From positions 2,061,591 through 2,125,590 of the forward strand of contig LN717261.1 of the NCBI GenBank assembly GCA_001244265.2: a stretch of DNA of 64,000 nucleotides, in the 5' to 3' direction. The position numbers and the translations under genes were made by a program. Of this stretch, positions 1 through 12,951 are shown piece by piece; position 1 is the stretch's first letter, and every line of letters begins with the position of its first letter. The notes beneath the pieces were generated by a model. It worked only from the letters and a program-made list of their open reading frames with translations. It had not been told where the DNA came from and did not search any database. Source of the DNA: Microbotryum violaceum (lineage: Eukaryota).

Positions 1-1175
1 GACATCCACCGGGACAGAGTGGACTTCGGGCGTTGGCTGGGGTGGAGGCGATTGATTGATAGAATCATTTGCTGCCTTTCCCTGAGTCTCCGCAATTGAT
101 ATGCCCTAGATCCTCTGGAAGTAGAATGATTCGTCGATGTTGATGTGGTAGAGGCAGGGTTCGGCGAAGAACTGTGTGGGACCGGACCGGACCGGAACGC
201 TCTCGCTCAGGCCTTCCCCATTGACAATGTTGTTGCTGGTCTTCAGACCTCCGAGACGTCGTGCAGCTATCAGTGTTCTTGATGTTGTCCATCTGTAGCA
301 ATGGCAATGAAGACTCGCATTTAGTGTTCCCATGACCCGGATTCTGCACCGTACGAAGTCAAGCCGCACCTCAACTTCCCCACAGAAGTCAGCATTCCAT
401 GAAGCAAGCGACTTGGGAATAACGGGAAGGCATTGCTTCGGATCCCCTGTGATGGTACAGTCCTACCGGTCAGTTAGTCATGCTGCCCTGCGCTTTGCTT
501 ACAAAAAATTGCCACATACCTGCCAACACGACGGTCACTCCACCGAACCGAGCCGTTGAGGATCTGCCACTAGATGCAGCCCCTCAACTTCCCCCCAGAA
601 GCCAGCATTCCATGATGCAAGCGTCGACGATTTGTGCAGGCGATGACTTGGAAATAACGGGAAGGCATCTTGAGAAAAGTTGTCCCCTGTGATGTTACAG
701 TCCAACCGGTCAGTTAGTCATGCTGCCCTGCGCTGTGCTGTTGAAAGATCGGCACGAACCTGTCAACACGACGGTCAGTCCACCAAACCGAGCCGTTGAC
801 GATCGCAAATCTTGCAACATCCTGTCCACCGGCTGGAAACATCGACGGTGCTGCATCGGTGCCTCGTCCCAAAGCTCGGCAAGCTGTCCTTGTCTCGGAA
901 CATTGCACGTAGAGCCGTCGAAGATGTCGATCGGGATCTTGAACCGCGAATGTGCCGTGCTGCCTTTTGGCAGTAGCAGTGCAGCAATACCCGATGTTGC
1001 AACGGCAAGAACGTATGTTCCCTCTGACCGAATCCGAGCAAGGACCGTTTCTTCCGGGAACGTTTTGCCTGTCCCTCCCGGAGCATCAACGAAATCGAAG
1101 ATTTGTGTAGGCGATGACTTGGGAATAATGGGAAGGCATTGCTTCGGATCCCCTGTGATGTTACAGTCGAACCGG

Positions 1176-1734
1176 TGTGGTACTCGGGATCCCGTCGCGT
1201 GGCAGTCGAGTCGGAAATGAGACCCCCGTGGTCGGAAATGAGATGGGACTCCTGATCGTTGTGGAACTCGGGATCTCGTCGCGTGCAGCAAAGTCGGAAA
1301 TGAGATGGGACTCCTGATCTCGTCGGCTGAATCAAAGTACTCGGGTCACGCGGGCGACGGCTAATTCGGTGGTCTCGGGGATCGGGCTGGAGTCGCCTAG
1401 TCGGGAAGTGCAGATTCGGCTAACTCGGCCTAGCGCCACATAAGCGGATAAAAGTTCAGGACGAAGTATGGCGTGATCGGAGGGCCGAGTGTCGGAAAAG
1501 AGGAGGAAGCTGGCCCGGAGGGATTGGAGTGTCCTGGCGTCGGAGGGGAGTTCGCTTCTTGTTCTTAGGGAGACGACTTCGAGGATCCAATTCAGCGTCT
1601 TAGTTGGTTCTCACTTTCTGTGTGTTTCAAGTCTCGTCTCTCGTCTCCAGTCTCAGCGTTTCGTTCTCGTTCTCGGTCTCGTTTTCCCTTGTCAATTTTA
1701 TATCATCTTTGATTGACCGCCTTGCTATACCATA
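1176..1734 (+). mobile_element. 559-bp solo-LTR-like element (TGTGGTA...TACCATA) with CCGG target duplication
   Basis: CCGG at 1172-1175 and 1735-1738. Removing it restores the Helitron unit seen uninterrupted at 39771-39800. A second copy lies at 54292-54794. Confidence 0.85.
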
Positions 1735-2177
1735 CCGGTCGGTTAATCATGCTGCCCTGCGCTTTGCTCTTGAAGGATTGGCACACACCTGCCAACACGA
1801 CGGTCACTACACCGAACCGAGCCGTTGAGGATCTGCCACGGGATCTGCCACGGGATCTATACTGCATACTGCATGCTGCACACATTTCTTGAGTGATTCC
1901 CAACAATGCCTTCCCGTTATTCCCAAGTCATCGCCTGCACAAACCGTCGACGCTTGCATCATAGAATGCAGACTTCAGGGGGGAAGTTGAGGTGCTGCAT
2001 CTCTGTAAGTAGCCGTCCTTGCCTGCTTTTAGACCCTATACTAACAGCGGCACGGTGCAAGCGCAGACAAACATGCGGACGTCGAACCGGCCCGAACTAT
2101 GCCGAGACAAATCGGCCTCGAGCTCGCAACACCTGAAGGGGTCCTTGTGGAAGCTCTGCAACGAATACGGGATGACT

Positions 2178-2610
2178 TGGGAATAACGGGAAGGCATTGC
2201 TTCGGAACCCCTGTGATGTTACAGTCGAACCGGTTAGTTAGTAATGCTGCCCTGCGCTTTGCTTTTTAAAAATTGGCACATGCCTGCCAACACGACGGTC
2301 ACTCCACCGAACCGAGCCGTGGAATAACGGGAAGGCATTGTTTCGGATCCCCTGTGATGTTACAGTCCAACCGGTCAGTAAGTCATGCTGCCCTGCGCCT
2401 TGCTTTTGAAAGATTGGCACATACCTGCCAACACGACGGTCACTCCACCGAACCGAGCTGTGGAATAACAGGAAGGCATTGCTTCGGATCCCCTGTGATG
2501 TTACAGTCCAAACGGTCATTGGTCATGCTGCTCTGCGTTTTGCTATCGGAAGATTGGCACACACCTGCCAACGCGATGGTCAGCCCACCGAAACAAGACG
2601 TTGAGGATCT
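2178..2610 (-). repeat. Tandem ~140-bp units of a Pif1 exon-intron-exon segment (3 copies)
   Basis: GGAATAAC(G/A)GGAAGGCATTG...CCGAACCGAGC repeated at ~2178, 2321 and 2462, with further dispersed copies. Confidence 0.85.
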
Positions 2611-3701
2611 GCCACGGGATGGTGAGCCGCAATTCACGCGACCAGAGCCTGTTCCTTGAGTGGTTCGTTACAACTATCAGTATTCTTGCTGTTGTCCATC
2701 TGTAGCAATGGCAGTGAAGACTCACATTTGGTGTGCCGATGACCCGGATCCTCAACCGTACGAAGTCAATCCTTCCGCGTTATCACTGACGTTCAATGTC
2801 TGTTTCTCGTATCAGTTTATCCGTCATATCTAAGACTGCACAGTCATGTCAAGGGATAACTCACGCATGCAGTGTCACCAGCTGACGGTGAAGAAACAAC
2901 TCGAGAGCTGACATTCAAAGAGGACGTGTTGAAGGGAATTTCTGCTTGGTAGTTTTCCATTAGCTTCTGAACAAACCCACACCAAGAGCCCAGTTCATGA
3001 AGTTACTTACTCGAATTCGTAGCTATGTTGCATGCGGCAGGCATTTCTTGATCTCGTATTCGTTGCAGACCTTCCACGACGACCGCTTCGGATTTCGCGA
3101 GCTCGAGGTGGCAGTGGGATAAGGTGTGAAGAGCAGGACGGAGAAAGATGGAGAAGCCTGCGCCTCAGTTTAAACCGGACTCATAGAATGTCGCAGAAGG
3201 CCGCGGAACGTCGTGGAGTGAAGCCCGAAGCAGAGGGTCATGTGCCAGGCTGCTTTGATGGAAAATGGAACCTCGACGAACGTTGGGACCTCGGCGAACG
3301 TGGACGGAACGGTCTGTCGCCACGTGGTTTGTCTCCCGTTCTCTGACGTTCTTTGACGTCGACGTTGTAGACACGCAAAACAGTCTGCTTCGGGATACAG
3401 AGAGTCACGTGCTATTCAATGGAACCTCGGCGAACGTAGGCGAAACGGTCTGAAACAGCGCTAGCTAGCTGGGAGCTGGACCGAGAGCTGCCTATGACGT
3501 CACGCCACGTGGTTTGTGCCACGTGGTTTGTCTTTGTCTCAGGACGTTTTTTATTATGTAGTTTTAAGGATTTAAGGATTTAAGAATAAGTTTTAAGGAT
3601 AAGTGCCGTGGCGCGCTTCGCGCGCCATGACGTCACGCCACGTGGTTTGTCTACGTGGTTTGTCTCGTTCTAGAATGTTCTTTGTCTCGACGACGTTTTA
3701 A

Positions 3702-4267
3702 GCTCGACACTGGGAGTACAAAAGGTCGAAGTCGACCGGACACTACAGCACGTGCTGTTCGCAGGGCAAGGTGCAGCTACCTCCTCTCTCCGGCCCAATC
3801 CCGAGTATCGACAGCTGCTTGAAGGGTCGGATACCGGTCAGTCTCTCCAGTCCGTCGTAGGCCCACATGCTGAACGGTTCGACCCACCTACACAGAAGCG
3901 GTTGCATTCCGCGAGAATGCCCGGTCGTACAACAACGCGTTGTCGTTCACTTCGCTCGCTGCCCTCTGGGACCAGACTCGACTAGACAGTAACTCAAGGA
4001 CCCCGCATGTTTCGGATTCTTTGACGCCTTTACCATCGACTGGGCCCACTCTCGGCGCCCTAATTCCTGCAAGTGTTTGAAGCCAAATCCGGCAACAAGC
4101 GACATGCAGGCTGTTTCGGCAATGAATGTAGGATGAATGGATTTGTTTCTTTGCTGTACTTCGTAGGGTGTTTTCTTAACCTCTGCGCTGAGATCATGTA
4201 GACTGTTCGATTATCCTGCTTTACTTTTGAATTTGATCCTCCCGTTAATTTAACGGGTTCCCACTGG
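3702..4267 (+). mobile_element. Internally deleted Helitron family 1 copy with 3' hairpin and CTGG end
   Basis: Homologous to 41210-41570. Ends CCCGTTAATTTAACGGG-TTCCCA-CTGG followed by T. Confidence 0.85.
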
Positions 4268-6682
4268 TAACTAGTTATCCTAACTCGTTACCCTAACTAG
4301 TTACCCTAACTAGTAACAAAAAAGTGTGAGTTAAGGAATGTACCTAAAATCGCTGTTTTTAACTAGGTTGCGCCCCTCCGGGCCGCCTGTGGTGGATGTA
4401 CCAGCATACCGTTGTGTCTGCCGCACCTGCCTGTGGTGTCGGGGTTCCGATCAGAAGTCATGTACAAGCCCTATGGTGACCTTTGTATTTTCCGCGCCGT
4501 TCCAACGAAGCTACAGCGCTCCCAGTATTTCCTTTCTTTTCTTCGCTGACATAAACCAATGCTTCCACTCATATTGCATTTAATGAACCGCAAGCACGTG
4601 GCTTTGCATGATATTGCTTCTACAGCAGAGCTCCGCCTGACGCGCGACGCGAGGGCTGGCGTCTGACGATCTGACGTCTGACGTCTGTGTCGTCTGTCAC
4701 GTGATGCGGCGCGCTGGCGGTATGAGTCTGTGTCAGTAAGTCTCGGGCGCGAGCTACACTCGCGCCCCGCTGCTCGACTCTCCTCTTCGTCCCGCTCCGA
4801 TCAACAGAATCAGCTCCCCGCGCGTGATTAACAACAACTCAACCGATCTTGGTGTTGAGCGCCCCCCGTACAGCTTTGTAGAATGGGCAGCACGTTGAGC
4901 TCACCCCACCACCACATCCTCCTGCGCAAAGGCGCGCAAAGGCGAGCGCGCAGGCCTCGAATCGCGCTCGAACCCCTCAAGCCCCACGTTTTCGCAGGGC
5001 AAGGTGCAGCTACCTCCCCCTCTCCGGCACAATCCCGAGTGTCGACAGCTACGTGAAGGCTCGGATAGCGGTCAGTTGCTCCGTCCAACAACCGTCGTCT
5101 GCAGTAGACCCACATGCTGAACTGTGCAAGAATCTTCCCACGCACACAGAAGCTATAGCATTGCGCGAGAACGCCCGGTCGTACAACAACGCGTTGTCGT
5201 TGACTCTGCTCGCTGCTCACTTTGACCAGACTCGACTGGGCATTCTAGGACCCCGCGTGTTTCGCGTGCTTGATCGGCTTTACTCCTCGACTCGGCGTCC
5301 AGATCCCTGTCGTCAATCAACGCTCCAGCCTTTGCTCAAACGTAGCTGATCGACCCAGCCGCCACCGACACTCGACTTGGACTCAACGGCGCAGGCAGTC
5401 GCATACAAAGGCCTACTTTGACCAAGCTCGAGTCCGCGTACCGGAAACCGCTTTGTGAAGGAGTTTGCATCGGCCAAAGCTTGCGCAGGCTGGGGATACG
5501 GCCAAAGAGTGGGTCCTGCGCCTCTGTCTACCACCAGGCCGAGACCGACGCACCCACAACCTTCCTCCGCCGAGCACGGAAATGACGATGCTTATCTGCG
5601 ATTCCGACACCAACACGGGAGATCGTGGACCGCAAGAACTTATTGTCCAGGTGCGCAGTCATCGATGTCCCGATGGTCGACCCAAGTACCAAGTCGTCAG
5701 CTCGCTCCATCCGTCTGCGATGCCTCTCCGGTACCCAACACTCTTCGCCGCAGAGGAAAATAGCTCCCACCTCAACACTCCTCTTTGCGGGTTCCACCAA
5801 GCCGGGCCGCCCATCGCCAGAAACCGAGAGCAGATCGACAATGGTGTCCAATTGCGCGAGGTGCTTCCGGTCTCGGTCTGGATGACGAACGAGGAGGACA
5901 AAGACCGCGATGATGAGGATGAAGACCGCGAGGAAGGGGACGAAGAGGATGGTGATGGCGAACGTACGCGTCTTCGGCTCTTTCTCTGATGTTCCATTCT
6001 GTTTAAGGCGCAAGCACAGACTGACATTGAACTTTTGAACACCTAGGACAAAGGTCCAGTAAAGGGGTCGAGGTGGCGAGTCTCGCGTTCACAATTCTTT
6101 GCGCACTACTTGCCAAAGGCGACGAGTACTTCTCAATCCCGCATTGCACCCAACGTCCCTTCCTGGAGTCTGTGATTTATGGATATACTTCAAGTCGAGA
6201 CCGATCGACTCTACACATCCGGTTGCATCAAGAGAACCTACACCTCACCACGACCCAAGGCATCAACGGCTTGGCCCCGAACCCAATTGGACGTTCGATG
6301 ACCTTGGGCTCGACGTTCAAGAATAGACCGCGCGACATCACGCAGCGATACCAGGATGCGATGGCGTGCGTTGTCAAACATGGAAAGCCTCCGCTGCTCA
6401 TCACGATGACGTACGACCCCGACTCACCGGAAATCAAGGCTGCACTGGGGCCGAATGACAAAGCATGCAACCGTCCGGATCTCATTGCACAAGTGTTTGA
6501 AGCCAAGACCGGCAACAAGCGACATGCAGGCTGTTTTGGCGATGAATGTAGGATGGAGTTGTTTCTTTGCTGTACTTCGTAGGGTGTTTTCTTAACCTCT
6601 GCGCTGAGATCATGCAGACTGTTCGATTATCCTGCTATTTTTTGAATTTGATCCTCCCGTTTATTTTATGGGTTCCCACTGG
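4268..6682 (+). mobile_element. Deleted, degenerate Helitron family 1 copy, head-to-tail with the previous one
   Basis: 5' CCCTAACTAG stack and leader match 40213-40640. Rep-like pieces RENARSYNNALS, YQDAMACVVKHGKP and RPDLIAQVFEAK. Ends in a degenerate hairpin and CTGG|T at 6682. Confidence 0.9.
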
Positions 6683-6943
6683 TATTTTATAAGTTTTAAG
6701 GATAAGTTTTAAGGATTATTATAAGTCTTAAGGATAAGTTGTAAGGATAGAGATAGGTGGATTGCGCCGCGCGTTGTGTTTTTTGTATCTGGTTCACACG
6801 GAATAAAACGACAAAAGGCGGCTCACTCCCGGCCACGGCACGCGCAACCTCGAGCGTTCGTTGGGATCTTCCCTCATCAACGACATCGTTGGATCCCGTT
6901 CAATTGATCCTCCAACACCGCGACGGCGAGATAAACATTCAAT

Positions 6944-8781
6944 ATGGGAGGTGGAGGTGCGTTTTCCCCCCTGAACATGCCCACGACAAACCGACTAGTC
7001 GGATGAGCGCTGGCTTATGCGCTGACTTGGAAACGCCTGAACGCCTACCTTCGGGAATTGAACTGCTACAGATCTCAACATGAAGAAGTCGTGGCACACG
7101 GGTACCTTTGCCAACAAGGTGGGTGGCTGACAAGTGATCTCTTCGATCGAAATGTTGCGCATCGCTGCCATTTGGTATCGTGTCTGACCCTTGCAAGCCT
7201 TTGCTCCCTCCTTGTGTGCCTGCAGGAACGAGTGTGGAAGCACGAGAAGTCTGCTCTGGAGGAACGTAAAAAGCTCCAGGAGCTGCAGAAGGAGCTGGAG
7301 CAAGAACGCGCCGTGCAAGAGCTGCAATGCCTCCAGGCTGAGGCAGGGGGTAAGAAACGCGCCGACCGCGTCGACTGGATGTATGCCGCCCCCGCCGAGG
7401 GCAATGGGCCCAACGCTAAAGAGCTCGAGGCGTACTTGTTGGGCAAGAAGCGCGTTGACAAGCTACTCAAGGGCAATGAAGAAAAGGTCCGTTACCTATT
7501 GACGGCTTCGCCTCGATCTGCGAAAAGCCACGTTCTAATCTGCTTCGATTTCGTTTTCTTCCTTCGTTCGCCGCTCCCTCGCTGCTGTGACAGTTGATGG
7601 CGGCAACTTCTGCAGATGCGCCCGGTAGCTCGTTCACCGCTCTCCAAAATGCCAACACGGCCCGCGACACCGCCGCCAAGATCAGAGAAGATCCTCTGCT
7701 CGCGATCAAGCGTCAGGAGCAGCTGCAGTACGAGAAACTGCTGAAGAATCCTAGACGGCTCAAAGAGCTGCGCGAACGCGAATTCGGCTCACGCACGCTT
7801 GGTACATCTCACGGGGAAAGAAAGAGCAAGAAGGACGAGACCAAGGAGGAACGACGAGCACGCAAGGAAGACAAGCGCTTAATGGATGAGCAGGATGAAG
7901 GCAGTCGCAAGAAAACTTTCAAGGGAGGGCACGCAGGGAATGAACATAGGCGTGGTGATGGGGGCAGATCCAGAGACGATACACACAATGGATCACACTC
8001 GAAGGGTCAGCAGACGAACGGGGAGGGCAAAGGTCCCCCTTTGTCGACTCGGCACTGCGTGCGTCGGGATGATGATGAAGCCTACCGAGACCGACAGCGA
8101 CGCGACGAATGGGATAGGCATAACGACTGGGATCGACCTGACGACCGGGTTGGACACGAAGAGCGAAAACGAAGCAACGTCAGCGGTTATGGGCGCGGTT
8201 CAGAGAGACCAGTGGACTGTCGTATTAATCTGGTGAGGCCGTTCCAATCAGGAGATCGAGCAAATCGGGACCGCTCTCCAAGTTCTGGCACTCGTCGCGA
8301 AAGCTCGCCACACTCAAGGAGTGAGACAAGAAGTGATAAGCGAAGTCTTCACGGTGACGTCAAACCATCCCGGATGCATGGTGGCCGCGACGTCGATAGC
8401 CATGCACCCTCCGGACCTCACCACCATGATGATGATGATCACCGGGCCTCGCGTGCGTCTCAAACCTCAGGTCGCAAATCTGCGCCGCTTTGGAATGCTC
8501 GCGGCGAGACTTCGTCTGCTAAACTTGAGATGGCTCGAAAAAAGGCCGTTGAAGAACGCTTGGCGGTCATGCAAGCCTCCGCTGCGTCATTGTCAACGTC
8601 TCGTGCCGCACGAGTCAAGCAAGAGGACGAGGCCGATCAGCGCGAGCATGACATGGAGATGGAGAAACGCATGAAGAGTGAAGGGGTGGGGCCCAGGTTC
8701 CTCCGTGAGCAGGAGAAGCACGTATTTGGAGGTATGGATCTAGCCGAACGAATGAAGCGCAGCGGCATGGTCGGAGAATAA
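6944..8781 (+). CDS. CWC25: Pre-mRNA splicing factor Cwc25 (4 exons)
   Basis: Spliced N-terminus [13 protein letters not shown]...[45 protein letters not shown] introns at about 6957-7071, 7119-7226 and 7488-7593. Confidence 0.92.
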
Positions 8782-8939
8782 GCGACACATCCTCAACAGA
8801 GCTTCAAAGGAAGAAGCTCTGCGTGTGGTGTCTCGCTTTCGTTTTCCACTGGGGTGAAGGAGTGCTTGCTTCATTTCTACTGGTTCGTAATGATCTGCCG
8901 TTAGAGCCAGTTACTATACGAAAATCTACTCAAACCCTC

Positions 8940-10125
8940 TTAACAGCCGTGGGTCAGAACCGGCTTCGATGCAGTCGAGTCACTTTGGCGATCTGTGTCT
9001 CCAAGTGACGGCTTGTATTTAGCCCAGAGGTCCTCAATGTCTTGGCCTTGAAGCAGCTCTCGCAGCCACTTGCCATCGTCCCACTCGTGCTCGGCCATCA
9101 GCGCGTTGAGCTGCGGCACGAACCACGGATTGTCAAAGCGCTTTTCAAGCCACAGGAAAAAGTAGGCGGTCGTCTGGACGCGAATTCGTTGCACATCAGT
9201 GGTCCGGTAGCGCCAAGGCTGCATTAGAGGCACTTGCCTGGTATCCTTCATCCCACCGTGTGCCTTCGCCTCTTCTCCAATGGGGAGGATCGAGCTGCTC
9301 CTTGGCCTATCCAAGCAGAAAACACGAACTCGTTGATGTCATGACATCACGCCAAGCCAGTGAGCTCAAAATCACACTCACTCGGACCCAATCGGCGATT
9401 CCTTCGATGCAGCCTCCAGGCATAGTGCCCTGACACACACACACACACACACACCCCGAATCCGTCACAAGGCGTCAGTCCGTCTTGGGCTTTTGTGTTC
9501 GCTTTTCAAGTGGATTTGGAACTTACCTTACCATCGTACTGGAACACATGAACCAGCTCGTGGACGATGACCCCTCTGATTTCGTCGCCTATCCTGGCCG
9601 AGTCGATGCCGTGCACGTAGTCCGCCGAGAAGTGTACCTCCTTGTGCTCGGAATCGAGAGGGATCGATTGGGTGTAGGCGACACCGTCAACGGATCTGAC
9701 GTGCAGGGTGACCGATCTGATGGACGGATGGTGCGCTTCTGGCACCTGATTGTCGGCGGTTTCTCGTTCGGCCAAGGACGTAGCAGAGGTAGCTATAGGT
9801 GTTTCAATGGAGCTCGCGCTCAAAGGATACAACCACCTCAGCACCGCGGATGCGGACGTTTCGAGGAGCTTGAGGGGTGTTCCACAGTGTGAAAAAAACT
9901 TTCTCGTCCCTGGCCAAACCAGACCAGACGGAACAATTCCCGGTCAGCTGGTGCCATTCGATTCGACCCGGTCTGCCCCGCGTGCCGTTCCCACCCCCAC
10001 ATGTGGCGGGTGCCGCTCGGATCCGAACGCAGCTACAACAACTCACCGGGATGTGAAAGATCGAGGATCTGGAGATGGAACTTGGGCAGATCGTGGCTGG
10101 GCGATGGCTGCGGAATCGGGGACAT
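8940..10125 (-). CDS. BSP/PRp27-like (basic secretory protein family) zinc peptidase, multi-exon
   Basis: GVAYT, EIRGVIVHELVHVFQY (HEXXH), PGGCIEGIADW, TTAYFFLWLE...FVPQLN, IEDLWAKY. Start MSPIPQP is followed by a GTGAGT donor. Confidence 0.8.
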
Positions 10126-10245
10126 GGCACTTAGTGCATGCCTATGGGTTAGGCCAGAGGGCGAGGGAGGACTCGGAACTGGGAGCTGGAACAAGACCCT
10201 GGCGTAGCCCGACAGGAATGACGTAAGCGGGTGATGACGCATTGA

Positions 10246-10362
10246 TGGCTGGTTGCCGAAGGCGACAGAAGGCGAACAGCGGAGACCAGCGGAGACCAGC
10301 GGGCGCGCCGAGGTGAGTCGATAGGCGAGTGCGGTGTGAATCACTTCCTCTTGCTAGACCCA
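10246..10362 (+). repeat. Short dispersed repeat, inverted partner of 21461-21546
   Basis: GGGCGCGCCGAG..GAGTCGA(T/A)AGGCGAGTGCGGTGTGAATCACT(T/C)CCTCTT(G/A)CTAGA present at both sites in opposite orientation. Confidence 0.8.
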
Positions 10363-10688
10363 ATTTCCTCCCTCACAAATTCCCCTGTTGCTGGCTCGAA
10401 ACGTAGGAAGTTTTGCTTTCGCAGTAGGTACCTGTCCAGGCCGGTGTGACGCGTGGCACGCAGCGAGCCTGTCGCGGACACACACTTGCTCACACCACAC
10501 AAGTAGCTCGCGTTTCACACCCTCTTCGCCTCGTCAGGCCCGCCACCGCTTGTCAGTCGCAAACTGTGGACCCACTGCTTTGCGCCGAGTCTGCGCGGTG
10601 CGAGGTACTGGACAGGGTGGCATCGTCAACGCAGCTCCGTGCTGCACTGCGACGCAGCCGCCGCGAGGCTCATTCACGAGCTTGCCTG

Positions 10689-12951
10689 ATGGTGCGACCG
10701 ACATCTCCAACCTCGATCGAGCGTACCGAGCCACCGCCTACACGCAAGGCATTTCTGAGTAATCAAGTTTCGGCTGGGGTCGATGCTCATTTGGCGACCG
10801 CACTCGCGGCTCATCTCGATCCGTCTCATGCCTCCCATGATCATGCCGTCCGCCATCCTTCTCCTATCCTTGCCCTCTCGCCCCCACTTTCGCCCCCCTC
10901 AGTTCCCTCCCATTCGAAGCCGTATCCGCGCCCGCTACTGGCCAATGTCGCTCCGGGTGGTGTTTCAGCCTCCACGTCATCGCATGCTGCCCGTCACTCT
11001 GACTTGTCGCGGCCAGCGTGGTCAAGCAATGCACCGGCCACCCTCGCCCCGTCGCTACCGACGACGACCAACAGCTCCGGTTCACAGCCCAGCCCCAGTG
11101 CTTCGGTTGAGTCCCTGCGATCGCTCCTGATACGCTCCGACAGCGACCTTAAACGCCGGGCTTCGCAGTTGCTGGTCCGACCGCCGTGGTATGGCCCTAC
11201 ATCACGCGCCTCGTCCGAGCCCAGTACGACCCTCGCCCCTTTGCCCGACACCGAGCACACGCCTTTGATTACGAGATCTTCGCAGTCCGTTCCGACTCGT
11301 CAGGAGCAGGACCACCAGCAGCAGCAATCGGACGACGCGAAAGGGGATATGAATGCTCTCCGGTGGGGTCACTGGTGGTGGCCATTCTCAGTCGTCGGGC
11401 CCAGCGCTCCAACCCCGATCACGTCAACAGCAACTCTCAAACCCGATCTCGAGTCGGAGGAGCAGCGGCAACAACAGCAAACTCGAAGTTTCCTGTCGTA
11501 CTTCGCTGGCAGACCAGCCGTCGACGAAATAGCGCAGCAGCACCTGTCACAGAAGCGTGCTGATGACCTTGAACGTGACATGCTAGACCTTGCGCCCGAC
11601 GAGCTCGCCACAGTGGCGAGGTCGGTTGGGATCAGCGGTCGAGCGCGCAGGATCTACCGGGAAGCAGACGAAGACTCACCAAAGGGGGCCACAACCCCAG
11701 CTTCCCAGGGACCCGATCGACCACGTAGCTTTATTTCGAATGCTTTGGACGGCCATGCCTCGCTACTGTCGTCGTTCTCAATCTCGAACCCCTTTGGCCC
11801 GAGGGCAACTAGGACGTTCTCGACCTCGTCCTTCGCCTCCGATGCGCAAACTCGTCGCAAGATGCGCCATGATGAGGATGAGGACAACATCGAGCCAATG
11901 CTCAATCAAGAGGATCAAGAGGCTGTTGACGACTCGCACATGGACATCTATACGGTGCTCAAGGAGTCGTATCGATGCCCCGAGCACCCGATCGTCTTTT
12001 GTCACGGTTTGTTCGGATTCGACATGCTCGGACCGACTTCGATCAAGCCGCTGCGATTTTCGTACTGGGTAGGCGTGAAAGAGGCCCTTGAAGGCTTGGG
12101 GGTCGAAGTAATGATCGCTAAAGTTCCAGCGTCTGACTCGATCGAAGAGCGGGCCAAGGTGCTTTGTTTGTGTATCGAGGAGCGCTTTCCGGGGAAGCAA
12201 GTAAACCTGATTGGACACTCAATGGTCGGTCGAGCCAAAGTCTATGGTGACGCAAATTGAAGCTCAAGCTGACGCACAATCTGTCATTAGGGTGGCCTTG
12301 ATGGTCGATTTTTGATCACCCACCTTCGGCCGACCAGTTTCTCTGTCAGATCGTTAACGACCATCTCGAGCCCACACCGAGGTTCCTCGTTCGCCGATTT
12401 CATGCTCGAGGACGTGATCGGGAAGCAACACCTTCCCAAGCTCCTGAGTTTGGTTGAAACTGTTGGGATACCCGGTGGTGGTCGAGCATTCGAGGACCTA
12501 ACTGTAAGCAAGATGGCGAGGTTCAACGAGCAAACGCCCGATCGGGAGGACGTCGCCTACTATAGCTATGGAGCCGAGTTTGTGCCCACCTGGACGAACG
12601 TCTTTCGCGTCCCATATGGGATCCTTTTGGAAAAGGAAGGACCAAACGACGGATTGGTGTCGGTACGGAGTGCCAAGTGGGGCAATTATCTGGCAACGCT
12701 CAACAACGTGAATCACCTGTGAGTCCGAAGTGAGTCCCGGGACAACAAACGCCGAGGCTTGCGATTTAGTAACACGCGCGTGCACGCCCTTGTCCGGTCT
12801 CGGCCCCTTGATCCGACTTTACAGTGATCTAATTGGATGGGTAGGAAAAGTCAGATATGGGTGGGCGGAGTGGCTTGGTCGCCCGATCAAGTTCAAGCCC
12901 GTCTCATTCTTCTGTGCGGTTGCCGAAATGCTGGCCGAAGAAGGACATTGA
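10689..12951 (+). CDS. TGL2-like triacylglycerol lipase (alpha/beta hydrolase) with long low-complexity N-terminus
   Basis: PIVFCHGLFGFD; nucleophile GHSM|GGLD across intron 12225-12290; SPHRGS; NDGLVSVRSAKWG; VNHLDLIGW. Start codon uncertain. Confidence 0.85.

Larger units (their letters stand above)
65..3700 (-). mobile_element. Non-autonomous Helitron family 2, patchwork of RepHel/Pif1 fragments
   Basis: Minus-strand Pif1 motifs FVDAPGGTGKTF, VATSGIAALLL, WDEAPMQHR and FGGLTVVL, plus repeated GDPKQCLPVIPK pieces. 2640-3545 is the reverse complement of blocks at 26630-27900; 650-1830 matches 39262-39890. Confidence 0.85.

Noticed and set aside
2178-2610. CRISPR-like array
   Set aside because: Units are ~140 bp with no unique spacers and derive from Helitron helicase exon/intron sequence in a eukaryotic context.
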